Shown: positions 55,689 through 64,000 of the stretch, one piece after another
How positions within the stretch are numbered: position 1 is the first letter of the stretch
How the letters are laid out: every line of letters starts with the position of its first letter
DNA from: Candidatus Latescibacterota bacterium
Lineage (GTDB): Bacteria > Latescibacterota > UBA2968
Reading direction: 5' to 3'
Length of the DNA stretch: 64,000 nt
Assembly: GCA_965204375.1 (NCBI GenBank)
Contig: OZ241986.1
Span: 224,001-288,000, forward strand
Notes under the pieces: generated by a model
Told to the model about the DNA's origin: nothing
Database searches by the model: none
What the model saw: the letters and a program-made list of their open reading frames with translations, nothing else
Program-made: the position numbers and the translations under genes

Positions 55689-56558
55689 ATGAACTGGTTT
55701 AACAAGCTCAAATCTGGTATTCGAACGCTCGTGAGAAAGCGTATGCCCGAAAATATTTGGGTTCAGTGCGAGCGATGTGAGCAAATAGTTTACCGAAAGA
55801 AACTCGAGCAAAATACAGGTATTTGCCCGCATTGCAAACATCACTTTCGCATATCCAGTGACGAATATGTCGCCGCTGTGCTCGATGAAGATTCGTTTGA
55901 AGAAATAGGTCAGGAGGTCAAATCAACCGATCCGCTCACATTTGTCGATCTACAGCCCTATCCCGACCGGCTCAAGGAGTATCGCAAACGCACCAATATG
56001 GATGCCGCTGTGCTGGCTGGCGTGGGGAAGATCGATGGTGTGCCTGTGGGCATTGCCGTGCACGAATTTGGTTTTATGGGTGGGTCACTCGGTTCGGCTG
56101 AGGGAGAGCGAATTTGTCGGGTGATTGATCGATGTATGCGCGATCAATTGCCGCTGATTATTGTGTGTCGGTCCGGCGGCGCGCGCATGCAAGAGAGCAT
56201 TTTTTCTCTGATGCAAATGGCGAAAGTCAATGCCAAGTTGTCGCAATTTTCAGATGCGGGACTGCTGTTTATTTCCGTTCTGATAGATCCCACAACAGCC
56301 GGTGTAAATGCCAGTTATGCATCAATTGGCGATATCAATATCGCCGAGCCAAATGCGCTGATCGGATTTACGGGGTCGCGTATTACAGGGTCTTCTGTGA
56401 GTGCCTCCGAGATGGAAGCTCTGCGGCAAGCACAGCGCGCAGAGCAAGTGCTCGAACACGGTTTTGTCGATATGATTGTTTCTCGAGATAAAATGAGAGT
56501 TACCCTGTCTCAGTTGATAGAAATGTTGAGTAAAGAGCCACCTGAGGTTACTTCATGA
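55689..56558 (+). CDS. accD: Acetyl-CoA carboxylase carboxyltransferase beta subunit
   Basis: Zn finger 'WVQCERC...CPHC', 'FMGGSLG', 'SGGARMQE...SLMQMAK', 'AEP.ALIGF', 'EHG.VD'. Confidence 0.9.
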   Translation: MNWFNKLKSGIRTLVRKRMPENIWVQCERCEQIVYRKKLEQNTGICPHCKHHFRISSDEYVAAVLDEDSFEEIGQEVKSTDPLTFVDLQPYPDRLKEYRKRTNMDAAVLAGVGKIDGVPVGIAVHEFGFMGGSLGSAEGERICRVIDRCMRDQLPLIIVCRSGGARMQESIFSLMQMAKVNAKLSQFSDAGLLFISVLIDPTTAGVNASYASIGDINIAEPNALIGFTGSRITGSSVSASEMEALRQAQRAEQVLEHGFVDMIVSRDKMRVTLSQLIEMLSKEPPEVTS

Positions 56559-56995
56559 AGATTCTCGTTTTACAAGGTCCCAATATCAATATGCTGGGGC
56601 GGCGCAAAGCAGAGCACTACGGTACTGTGACAATGGACGAGGTTCACGCACATCTCGAACAAAAGGCGGATGAACTGGATTGCGAGATTGCGTGTTTTCA
56701 TTCGAATTACGAGGGGGCACTCGTTGAAAAAGTGCAGGAGATGCGCGATTCTGTAGATGGTATTCTTATGAATCCCGCAGGGCTGACCACAACAAGCGTA
56801 TCGTTGCGGGACGCGCTTGAAGACGCGGGTTTACCACTGGTCGAAATTCATCTGTCCAATATCCACGCGCGAGAAGCATGGCGGCGGCATTCTCTGTTTT
56901 CTGAAATTGCAGTGGGCATTATTGCCGGGTTCAGATGGCGAGGCTATGTGTCGGCGCTTGAGATGCTGGTTGGCATGTTGCGAGATGAAGTGTGA
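56555..56995 (+). CDS. aroQ: Type II 3-dehydroquinate dehydratase
   Basis: 'GPNINMLGRR...YG', 'SNYEG', 'NPAG.T', 'RDAL', 'EIHLSNIHARE..R'. Confidence 0.93.
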   Translation: MKILVLQGPNINMLGRRKAEHYGTVTMDEVHAHLEQKADELDCEIACFHSNYEGALVEKVQEMRDSVDGILMNPAGLTTTSVSLRDALEDAGLPLVEIHLSNIHAREAWRRHSLFSEIAVGIIAGFRWRGYVSALEMLVGMLRDEV

Positions 56996-57088
56996 AGTGA
57001 GCACAGGCGAAGCCTACAACGCAGCGCAGCAAGTAACTCCACCCCGCTCCACCCCAAAACTGGTATATCATCCTACCTTTTGCTTCAT

Positions 57089-57123
57089 CTTCACCCTTCC
57101 TACTTCACCCTTCCTACTTCAAC
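57089..57123. repeat. Heptamer array (CTTCACC/CTTCCTA), same family as 1690-1731
   Basis: cttcacc cttccta cttcacc cttccta cttcaac; partner gaagtgtgaagtga at 56987-57000. Confidence 0.65.
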
Positions 57124-57162
57124 GTGAACTGGTCTGCGACCAGTTGTACCCCGTTTCCCACT

Positions 57163-57888
57163 TCATTTGTAAAGGTCAAATGTTTCTATAAATTGGGCGA
57201 TAGATTCTGGCACGAGATCTGTGATGGGATCTCCTGCGCGGATGCGTTTGCGTACTTCGGTAGAGGAAATATTGCCAAAAGATGGGGGTAATTGAAGGGG
57301 GTGTACGCGATTTGCAAAAGGCGTGCATTCGGGGCGTGACATAAATCTGTAAAAAACTTCTCGCGAAGGATTTTCGCGATTGGCAGATACAATGTGACAC
57401 AGTGAAAATAGCACTTTGAGTTCGGCGGGCATGTCGGTGTAATAGTGCGGATCAAAGATGCGTATCAGGGTGTCGTGGCCGATGAGAAAGTAGATTTGGG
57501 CGTTGGATAAAAAATGTGCTCTGAGTGCGTGTGCTTTGTCGATAAAGCGGGCATGGCTACATCCAGCAATTGACAGGCAGGCGTCCAATTGGGTATCAGA
57601 ATCCGCGTAATTGACCATCATGGCGAGGCGTTGGCTCAGGTCTGCACCAAAGAGGACTTTATCGACATTGGTTTTGGCGAGGAGGAGGACGATTTCGTCA
57701 AAGTTAAAAGCATTTTGTGCATGGTGTACAAGTGCTTCGTGGGCAAGAGTGAGCGGGTTGAAGGATGCGTCGAGTATCCCGATATGTCTGGGCTGCCGAG
57801 GTGTGGCTCGATGTACAAATTGCACCACAGGGGTATTTTGGGGATCGAGGCTATCCATGAGGATGCGGTAGTTTTCAAGGGTGTTCAT
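57163..57888 (-). CDS. Nicotinate/nicotinamide-nucleotide adenylyltransferase-like (cytidylyltransferase fold)
   Basis: 'SFNPLTLAH' (TxxH), 'NVDK', 'RF+DK', 'IGHDT..RIFDPHYY', 'ISST.VR'. Confidence 0.8.
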   Translation of the reverse strand: MNTLENYRILMDSLDPQNTPVVQFVHRATPRQPRHIGILDASFNPLTLAHEALVHHAQNAFNFDEIVLLLAKTNVDKVLFGADLSQRLAMMVNYADSDTQLDACLSIAGCSHARFIDKAHALRAHFLSNAQIYFLIGHDTLIRIFDPHYYTDMPAELKVLFSLCHIVSANRENPSREVFYRFMSRPECTPFANRVHPLQLPPSFGNISSTEVRKRIRAGDPITDLVPESIAQFIETFDLYK

Positions 57889-57980
57889 GGTGAAGAAAAT
57901 TTATGTTAGAGACTGGTGTGGAGCAAGGAAAAATAACGATTAGCCCAACCACCTCTATCGAAGTGCGTGAGGATATTAAA

Positions 57981-58733
57981 ATGATTTACCGATTGTTTTT
58001 AATGGCATTTGTCCTCTTGTTTGCCTACCCCGTTGTATCGTTGGCATCTGAGCAGGATGTGGAATCTATTGTGAAAAAAATTGACGCGCTCTATCGCAGC
58101 AATACCAGCGTGGCTGATATGGAGATGCAGATTGTTACGCCGCACTGGGAACGCACGCTGTTGTTGAGGGTGTGGACAAAGGGGATGAATAAGACTTTCA
58201 TCCGCATTGACGCGCCCAAAAAGGAAAAGGGCGTTACAACGCTGCGCATCGACAACGAGATGTGGAACTATCTTCCAAAGACTAACAAGGTGATAAAGGT
58301 GCCGCCTTCGATGATGATGGGGTCGTGGATGGGATCGGATTTTACGAATGACGACCTTGTCAAAGAGTCGTCAATGCTCAACGATTATAGCTACGATCTG
58401 ATTGTGCCGGATGACGCGCAACCGGGTCATCTTTACATCCGGTTCATTCCGAAGGAAGATTCTCCAATTGTTTGGGGCAAGCTCATCACGGCTGTGCGGG
58501 TAGATGATCTGATTCCGGTATGGCAACATTTCTACGATGAGAAGGACAATTTGATGCGGGTCTTGAATTTCAAAGAGATTGTGTCGTTCGGCAGCAAGAC
58601 GATTCCATCCGTGATGGAGATGGTGCCGCAGAACAAGGACAGGCATAAAACCGTTATGCGTTATCTCAAGGCCGAGTTTGATGTGCAGATAGATGACGAT
58701 GTATTCACGAGGCGCAATCTTCAGAGGAAGTGA
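57981..58733 (+). CDS. Outer membrane lipoprotein-sorting (LolA-like) protein
   Basis: Signal peptide; 'P..EKG..TL', 'MWNYLP', 'SWMGSDFT.DDL', 'F..RNL'. Confidence 0.82.
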   Translation: MIYRLFLMAFVLLFAYPVVSLASEQDVESIVKKIDALYRSNTSVADMEMQIVTPHWERTLLLRVWTKGMNKTFIRIDAPKKEKGVTTLRIDNEMWNYLPKTNKVIKVPPSMMMGSWMGSDFTNDDLVKESSMLNDYSYDLIVPDDAQPGHLYIRFIPKEDSPIVWGKLITAVRVDDLIPVWQHFYDEKDNLMRVLNFKEIVSFGSKTIPSVMEMVPQNKDRHKTVMRYLKAEFDVQIDDDVFTRRNLQRK

Positions 58734-59947
58734 AGATGCTCAAAATCGCATTTCGCAATATCTTTCGCCAGAGGCGGCGCACTGTGTTGACTGCGCTTGC
58801 AATGATCGTGGGGTTCACGCTTTCGTCGGTTTTTATTGGCTGGTCAGACGGCGCGTATTCGGACATTATTTCAATGTTCACGCGGAATCGCATCGGGCAT
58901 ATTCAGGTGCATCGGGCGGGTTATCTCGACAAGCCTTCACTTTACGATGTGATCGACAGTTATGAATTCATTGGCGAGAAGATTGTCCGGGTTGAGGGCG
59001 TTGAGGCGTGGACGCCGCGCATCTATTCGGCTGGACTCGGTTCGGTAGGCGATAAGACGATGGGGGTGCAAATCATCGGCGTAGATGTGGAGCGCGAGGT
59101 GAAAGCCACACGGTTTGATCGGAAGATCACCAGTGGGGCGATATTTTCAGATGCCGCCTCGCGCGAAGCGATTCTCGGCGTTGGGTTGGCGCGCATTCTG
59201 AAGGCGGATATTGGTCGCGAAATTGTGCTCGTCACACAGGGTACAGATGGTGCTATCGCCAATGATTTGTACAAGATTATCGGTATTGCAGAAAGTGGCG
59301 ATAAAGCGACTGATCGGATGTCGTGCTATCTCCACATCGATGATGCGCAGGACTTGCTCGTGCTCGACGGGCGCGTTCACGAAATCGCCGTGATCGCTGA
59401 AGCATTGGATCGCGTCCCCAAAATCACCGCGGCGATTGAGGCACAGATCAACGATACAACGCTCGAGGTGTCGCCGTGGCAGGTCGTCGCCAAATCATTT
59501 TATCGCGCGATGCAGGCCGATAGACAGGGCGATCTTATCGGACGCATGATTATCATGCTGATTGTCGCTATTGGCGTGCTGAATACGGTGCTGATGTCGG
59601 TGTTAGAGCGCACGCGAGAGTACGGCGTGTTGAAAGCGATGGGGACAAAACCGAGGCAGATATTTGGCGTGGTGGTGGCTGAAGTGGCGTTTATCGCGCT
59701 TGGCAGCATTGTCATTGGCGCGATATTCGGTGCGAGTCTCAATTACTTGCTGTCGATCTACGGCATCTCACTGCCGCAAGAGTTTTCCTATGGCGGTATT
59801 GTGTTTCAGACGATGTACGCCGCGGTCACTGTGCGAAGCCTTGCAATTCCCGCGGTTACGGTTCTTGTCTCGGCAATTTTTGTCAGCCTGTTTCCCGCAC
59901 TGAGAGCAGCGCGAATTGCCCCAGCCAGCGCAATGAGAACGCATTAG
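58730..59947 (+). CDS. ABC transporter permease (LolE/MacB-FtsX type)
   Basis: 'A.RN+.R..RRT.LT', periplasmic domain, 'NT.LMSV.ER.RE.GVLKA.G', 'PA.RAA'. Confidence 0.9.
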   Translation: MKMLKIAFRNIFRQRRRTVLTALAMIVGFTLSSVFIGWSDGAYSDIISMFTRNRIGHIQVHRAGYLDKPSLYDVIDSYEFIGEKIVRVEGVEAWTPRIYSAGLGSVGDKTMGVQIIGVDVEREVKATRFDRKITSGAIFSDAASREAILGVGLARILKADIGREIVLVTQGTDGAIANDLYKIIGIAESGDKATDRMSCYLHIDDAQDLLVLDGRVHEIAVIAEALDRVPKITAAIEAQINDTTLEVSPWQVVAKSFYRAMQADRQGDLIGRMIIMLIVAIGVLNTVLMSVLERTREYGVLKAMGTKPRQIFGVVVAEVAFIALGSIVIGAIFGASLNYLLSIYGISLPQEFSYGGIVFQTMYAAVTVRSLAIPAVTVLVSAIFVSLFPALRAARIAPASAMRTH

Positions 59948-59952
59948 GAACT

Positions 59953-61182
59953 ATGTCCTGGATACTAATAAAGCTCGCGTGGAAGAATCTCTTTCGGCAT
60001 AAACGCCGCTCCATCATTGCTGCAACAGCAATGGGAATTGGACTTGCGGCTCTTATCTTTGCCGATGCGCTCTGGTTGGGGATGGAGCGGAACATGGTCA
60101 AAACGGCGACGGCGTCATTTCTGGGAGATGGACAGATTCATCGAGAGGGGTTTTCCGATGAGCAAGCAGTTGAGTTGACGATTAATCAGCTCGATGCGGT
60201 GGTCGCCAATCTTCGACGGGAAGGTATCGTGGCGCACTTCACCTTGCGGACGTTCGCCTTTGGTATGATAACTTCACCTGCAACTGTCGCGGCGGTCAAT
60301 CTCGTGGGCGTCGAACCATCTACCGAACAGTATCTGTCTCTAATTGACGATGCGATTATTGAAGGCGCGTATTTTGAGGGGGCAAATCCGCGGGACATTG
60401 TTATTGGTGAGGAACTTGGAGAACGCCTTGAGGTGGGGTTAGGCAACAGGGTTGTCGTGACGGTGGCGCAAGCCGGGAGCGGCGATCTCTCGCAAGAGAT
60501 GTTTCGCGTTTCTGGAATTTATCGTTTTGCCGACGAAGGGATGAACAGCGGCATGGCGTTTATTCGATTGGGGAAGGCGCAGCAGATGCTCGCACTCGGC
60601 GCAGGGGCGCACGAGATCGCGCTGAAGTTCATCGATTCGATATCCGCCGAGGATCAGAATCTGCTGTTTTGGAAAACTTATTCTCAAGGGGGAAACAAAG
60701 CGCGTAGTTGGACAGAGGTTTTGCCAGAGGTGCAAGCGATGTTCGAGATGTCGAAGTTCAGCAAGTACATTATGGGCTTTGTGCTGTTTGGCGTGGTTGT
60801 TTTTGGCATTGTCAATACGCTGTTTATGTCGCTTTACGAACGGATGTTTGAATTTGGCGTGTTGCGAGCAATTGGCACGCGTCCATTTGGCATGGCGCGG
60901 CTGATTCTGTTTGAGGCAGGAGCATTGGCAGTTCTGGGTATTATTTTGGGTACGATTTTTGGGTTCTGTGTCACTTTAATTTTTTCAACGATTGGCATTG
61001 ACTACACGGGGATCGAGATGATGGGCATCACCATGCAGGAGTTGATCTATCCGGAGATGCGTATTCAACCGTTTATTTTTTATTCGATCTGGATCTTTGT
61101 CTTTACAATTATCGCAGGGCTATATCCGGCGCGGTATGCGGCGAATATGTCTGCGGCAACTGCGATGCGAAGGAGTTTCTGA
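59953..61182 (+). CDS. ABC transporter permease (LolE/MacB-FtsX type)
   Basis: Paralogue of the preceding gene; 'NTLFMS.YER..EFGVLRAIG'. Confidence 0.9.
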   Translation: MSWILIKLAWKNLFRHKRRSIIAATAMGIGLAALIFADALWLGMERNMVKTATASFLGDGQIHREGFSDEQAVELTINQLDAVVANLRREGIVAHFTLRTFAFGMITSPATVAAVNLVGVEPSTEQYLSLIDDAIIEGAYFEGANPRDIVIGEELGERLEVGLGNRVVVTVAQAGSGDLSQEMFRVSGIYRFADEGMNSGMAFIRLGKAQQMLALGAGAHEIALKFIDSISAEDQNLLFWKTYSQGGNKARSWTEVLPEVQAMFEMSKFSKYIMGFVLFGVVVFGIVNTLFMSLYERMFEFGVLRAIGTRPFGMARLILFEAGALAVLGIILGTIFGFCVTLIFSTIGIDYTGIEMMGITMQELIYPEMRIQPFIFYSIWIFVFTIIAGLYPARYAANMSAATAMRRSF

Positions 61183-61196
61183 AGGAGATATCCACG

Positions 61197-61886
61197 GTGC
61201 CTGTAATTGTGACAGAAGGAGTGACCAGAGTTTATTCGGGCGATGGCGTGCCCGTTCACGCCTTGCGCGGGATTGATCTGTCCATTGAATGCGGCGAATT
61301 TGCAGCGTTGGTCGGGCCGTCTGGGTCGGGGAAAACGACTTTTCTCAATATCATCTCCGGGCTGGATACACCAACAGATGGAAGGGTATGGCTCAATGGC
61401 AAACTTTTGTCGCGTATGAGTGGTAATGCGCTTTCGGATTTTCGGCGGGATAATATCGGATTTATTTTTCAAGCGTACAATTTGATTCCGGTGCTGACTG
61501 TCGAGGAAAATATTGAGTATATTATGCTCTTGCAAAAGGTGCCCAAATCTGAGCGGCACGAGCGCGTGCTGGCGATACTGGATGAGGTGGGATTGGGTGG
61601 GATGGAGAGTCGCAAGCCGACACAACTTTCGGGTGGACAGCAGCAGCGGGTCGCGATTGCGCGGGCTATGGTGTCTCAGCCCGCGATTATTCTGGCGGAT
61701 GAACCGACAGCGAATCTCGATTCAAAGATCGGTGCGGAGTTGCTCGATATGATGTATCGGCTCAATAAGCAGACTGGAATGACATTCATCTTTTCCACGC
61801 ACGATCCGATGGTGATGGCGCACGCGAGGCGGCTGATTACGCTGAAAGACGGAGGGATTGAGTGCGATGAGGTGAGGTCGCCATGA
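61197..61886 (+). CDS. ABC transporter ATP-binding protein (LolD/MacB-type)
   Basis: GPSGSGKT; IGFIFQ; LSGGQQQRVAIARA; ADEPTANLD; STHD. Confidence 0.93.
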   Translation: MPVIVTEGVTRVYSGDGVPVHALRGIDLSIECGEFAALVGPSGSGKTTFLNIISGLDTPTDGRVWLNGKLLSRMSGNALSDFRRDNIGFIFQAYNLIPVLTVEENIEYIMLLQKVPKSERHERVLAILDEVGLGGMESRKPTQLSGGQQQRVAIARAMVSQPAIILADEPTANLDSKIGAELLDMMYRLNKQTGMTFIFSTHDPMVMAHARRLITLKDGGIECDEVRSP

Positions 61887-63058
61887 GATGGCTTGTGGGG
61901 GCAATGATCGCGCTTTTGCCACAAGCTGTCACGGCTGTACAACTGGGCGGTTTTTACAAGGGTTTTGCCATCGCTTTTGATTCGCCACAAGCGGGTGTTC
62001 CCGTGAAGGGTATGGTGAGTAATCGGCTACGGATTAATCTCGCCAATTCGTTCAGCGATCACCTGTCGTTTGATCTCGCCTACGATTTTATCCTGCGTAT
62101 TCAGAATGAGAACCAGGCGGAGGTCCTTACTATTGATCCGCTCGATTATCGCGTTGCCGATCTGGATTCGCCTATTTATTCCGGTGAAAATGATTCCATC
62201 GGTAGCGTTGGCGTGTTTCAAAACCTCGACCGGGTCAATGTGACAGTGCGTTTGTCATTTGCAGATGCGATTGTCGGGCGCCAGGCGATTGCGTGGGGAA
62301 GTGCACGGGGCGTCAATCCGACGGATGTGATCGCGCCGTTTGCCTATAGCGAATTGGATACGGAAGCCCGCTCTGGTGTCGATGCCGTGCGCGTGCGCGT
62401 CCCGATTGGTGCACTGAGCGAAGTCGATGCAGGGTATGTGTTTGGGCGAGACTTCGCGGTTGATCGGGGTGCGTTTTTTGCTCGCGGTCAATTCAATGTG
62501 TCGGAAACCGATGTGTCGCCGCTACTCGTCCATTTCCGCGAGCAGTTGCTCGTTGGTATTGATGTCGCGCGTGGTATTGGAAGTGTTGGGGCGTGGATAG
62601 AGGGTGTCCGCGTTTTCACGATGGGACGAGATGCCGGGATTAGCGACTATTTTCGCGTATCTACAGGCATGGATTACAGCTTTGGCGGCGAGACTTATGG
62701 GTTCATCGAATACCACTTCAACGGAGCGGGGGTGCGCGACCCTGAAGATTATCTTGTCAATTTAAATCGCCCGACATATCGCGATGCTGCTGTCTATCTT
62801 ATGGGGATCCACTACTTCGCGCTCGGCACTACCCATCAACTCACGCCGCTGGTCGCGTTGAGCGGACAGTTTCTCGCCAATTTTGCAGACCCATCGTTCT
62901 TTTTTGCACCTGCTATCGAATACAATATCGAGCAGGATTTCTACCTTTCTGCAGGTGCGTTTATCGGCATTGGCGATCGTCCACAAGGTGAGCATTTCCA
63001 ATCCGAGTTCGGCGGGTATTCCAATATCCTGTTTCTTTCGTTCCGGATTTACTACTGA
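61883..63058 (+). CDS. Putative outer-membrane beta-barrel protein
   Basis: Signal peptide; 'GRQAIAWG....NPTD...PF', 'D.E...GVDA.R'; C-terminal 'SFRIYY'. Confidence 0.72.
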   Translation: MRWLVGAMIALLPQAVTAVQLGGFYKGFAIAFDSPQAGVPVKGMVSNRLRINLANSFSDHLSFDLAYDFILRIQNENQAEVLTIDPLDYRVADLDSPIYSGENDSIGSVGVFQNLDRVNVTVRLSFADAIVGRQAIAWGSARGVNPTDVIAPFAYSELDTEARSGVDAVRVRVPIGALSEVDAGYVFGRDFAVDRGAFFARGQFNVSETDVSPLLVHFREQLLVGIDVARGIGSVGAWIEGVRVFTMGRDAGISDYFRVSTGMDYSFGGETYGFIEYHFNGAGVRDPEDYLVNLNRPTYRDAAVYLMGIHYFALGTTHQLTPLVALSGQFLANFADPSFFFAPAIEYNIEQDFYLSAGAFIGIGDRPQGEHFQSEFGGYSNILFLSFRIYY

Positions 63059-63163
63059 CGCAATTCAGACTTTGATCATTTTTCTTGACTTCACCTTCAC
63101 TACGCGTTTTCATATCAGCGCAATGGAGATAACTGATAACAGTTTTTTTTAGGAGGTAACGCG

Positions 63164-64000
63164 ATGCATGTGGGTATGCGAATCCCGCCGATGGGGCGGG
63201 AAATGGGGTTGGATGGCATTATTCAGTGGGCAGCAGAAAATGGTTTGGGGTCGATTGATCTGCCAGAAGTAGATGCTGAAATTCGCAAGTTGTGTGACAG
63301 TGCTGGGATTGGGATCGGCACTGTGGATTGGGGTGCAGGCGGTGGGTTGTTGAGCAAAGATGAAGGTGCGCGAGAAGAAGCTGTAGCCGCGATGAAAGCG
63401 CGCATTCAGGCGGTTGGAGAATACGGTTCAGGGGTGATTTTTTTATGTTTGGCTCCCGATGACCGATTGCAGGCACGGGCTGAGACATTTGAGGTGTTCA
63501 AGCAGGTTTATCCAGAGGTTGTGAAAGAGGCAGAAGCACACGGGGTTTTTCTCGCCATTGAACCCTGGCCTGGCCCGGCACCTGCATACCCGAATTTGGG
63601 TTGTACACCCGAGACCTTGCGGGCGGTGTTTGAGGTTGTTCCATCCCCCAATTTGGGTATGTGTTACGATCCGTCGCATTTTGCGCGTATCGGCGTCGAT
63701 TACAAGCGGGTGTTGGGAGAGTTTGGCGATCGGGTGCGGCATGTGCATGCAAAGGATACCGAGTTGTTGGCGGATGGACTGTACGAGTTTGGCTGTCTGG
63801 GCCAATCGTTTGGTCAGCGCTACGGTTATGGCGAGGGGTGGTGGCGTTACTGCATTCCCGGATGGGGTGTGGTGGATTGGAAATGGGTGATTGCGCGTCT
63901 GGAAGAATTGGGCTATGACGGGCCGCTGGCCATTGAATTGGAAGATCATCGCTACAGCGGCAGTGCCGAAAAGAATGCAGCGGGTATTTTGGCAGCGAAA
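63164..64000 (+). CDS. Sugar phosphate isomerase/epimerase (TIM barrel), runs off the right edge
   Basis: RBS AGGAGG, ATG 63164; open frame MHVGMRIPP...AIEPWPG...YDPSH...HVHAKD...PGWG.VDW...GYDG...IELED; absent from the ORF track because there is no stop in the window. Confidence 0.85.
   Translation, partial: MHVGMRIPPMGREMGLDGIIQWAAENGLGSIDLPEVDAEIRKLCDSAGIGIGTVDWGAGGGLLSKDEGAREEAVAAMKARIQAVGEYGSGVIFLCLAPDDRLQARAETFEVFKQVYPEVVKEAEAHGVFLAIEPWPGPAPAYPNLGCTPETLRAVFEVVPSPNLGMCYDPSHFARIGVDYKRVLGEFGDRVRHVHAKDTELLADGLYEFGCLGQSFGQRYGYGEGWWRYCIPGWGVVDWKWVIARLEELGYDGPLAIELEDHRYSGSAEKNAAGILAAK

Overview
A 64 kb bacterial chromosomal window of moderate GC. Gene content (sulfatase, two PhyH dioxygenases, NHL and WD40 repeat proteins, an EF-hand/dockerin-like tail, several sugar oxidoreductases and isomerases, diderm envelope genes) suggests a Latescibacterota/Gemmatimonadota/Poribacteria-like diderm, possibly a sponge symbiont; this is inference only. 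Most of the window is housekeeping or catabolic (nadB, guaA, gdhA, ddl, ispDF, queA, accD, aroQ, uxuA, tRNA-Thr(UGU)). The standout is a 9 kb, single-strand locus right after guaA (about 22860-31924). It has a near-consensus sigma-54 promoter and an upstream palindrome, two GT-B glycosyltransferases (one with an extra C-terminal domain that may be RRE-like), two paralogous small ORFs with a shared 37-aa double-glycine-type leader and strongly acidic heptad-patterned cores, a C39-peptidase ABC exporter with two N-terminal cNMP-binding domains, a HlyD adaptor and a parvulin-type PPIase. This looks like a candidate new class of glycosylated, secreted anionic RiPP or small protein. Other notable items: a lipoprotein fusing a LivJ-type solute-binding domain to an intact Cu/Zn SOD; an autoregulated MerR/GyrI gene with an in-frame internal start; an ATPase-DUF4276 pair broken by two abutting IS elements at a rearrangement junction; a cluster of intact and decayed toxin-antitoxin modules; and families of short-period repeats at gene ends. 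All product calls come from recognising motifs by eye; no database searches were run.
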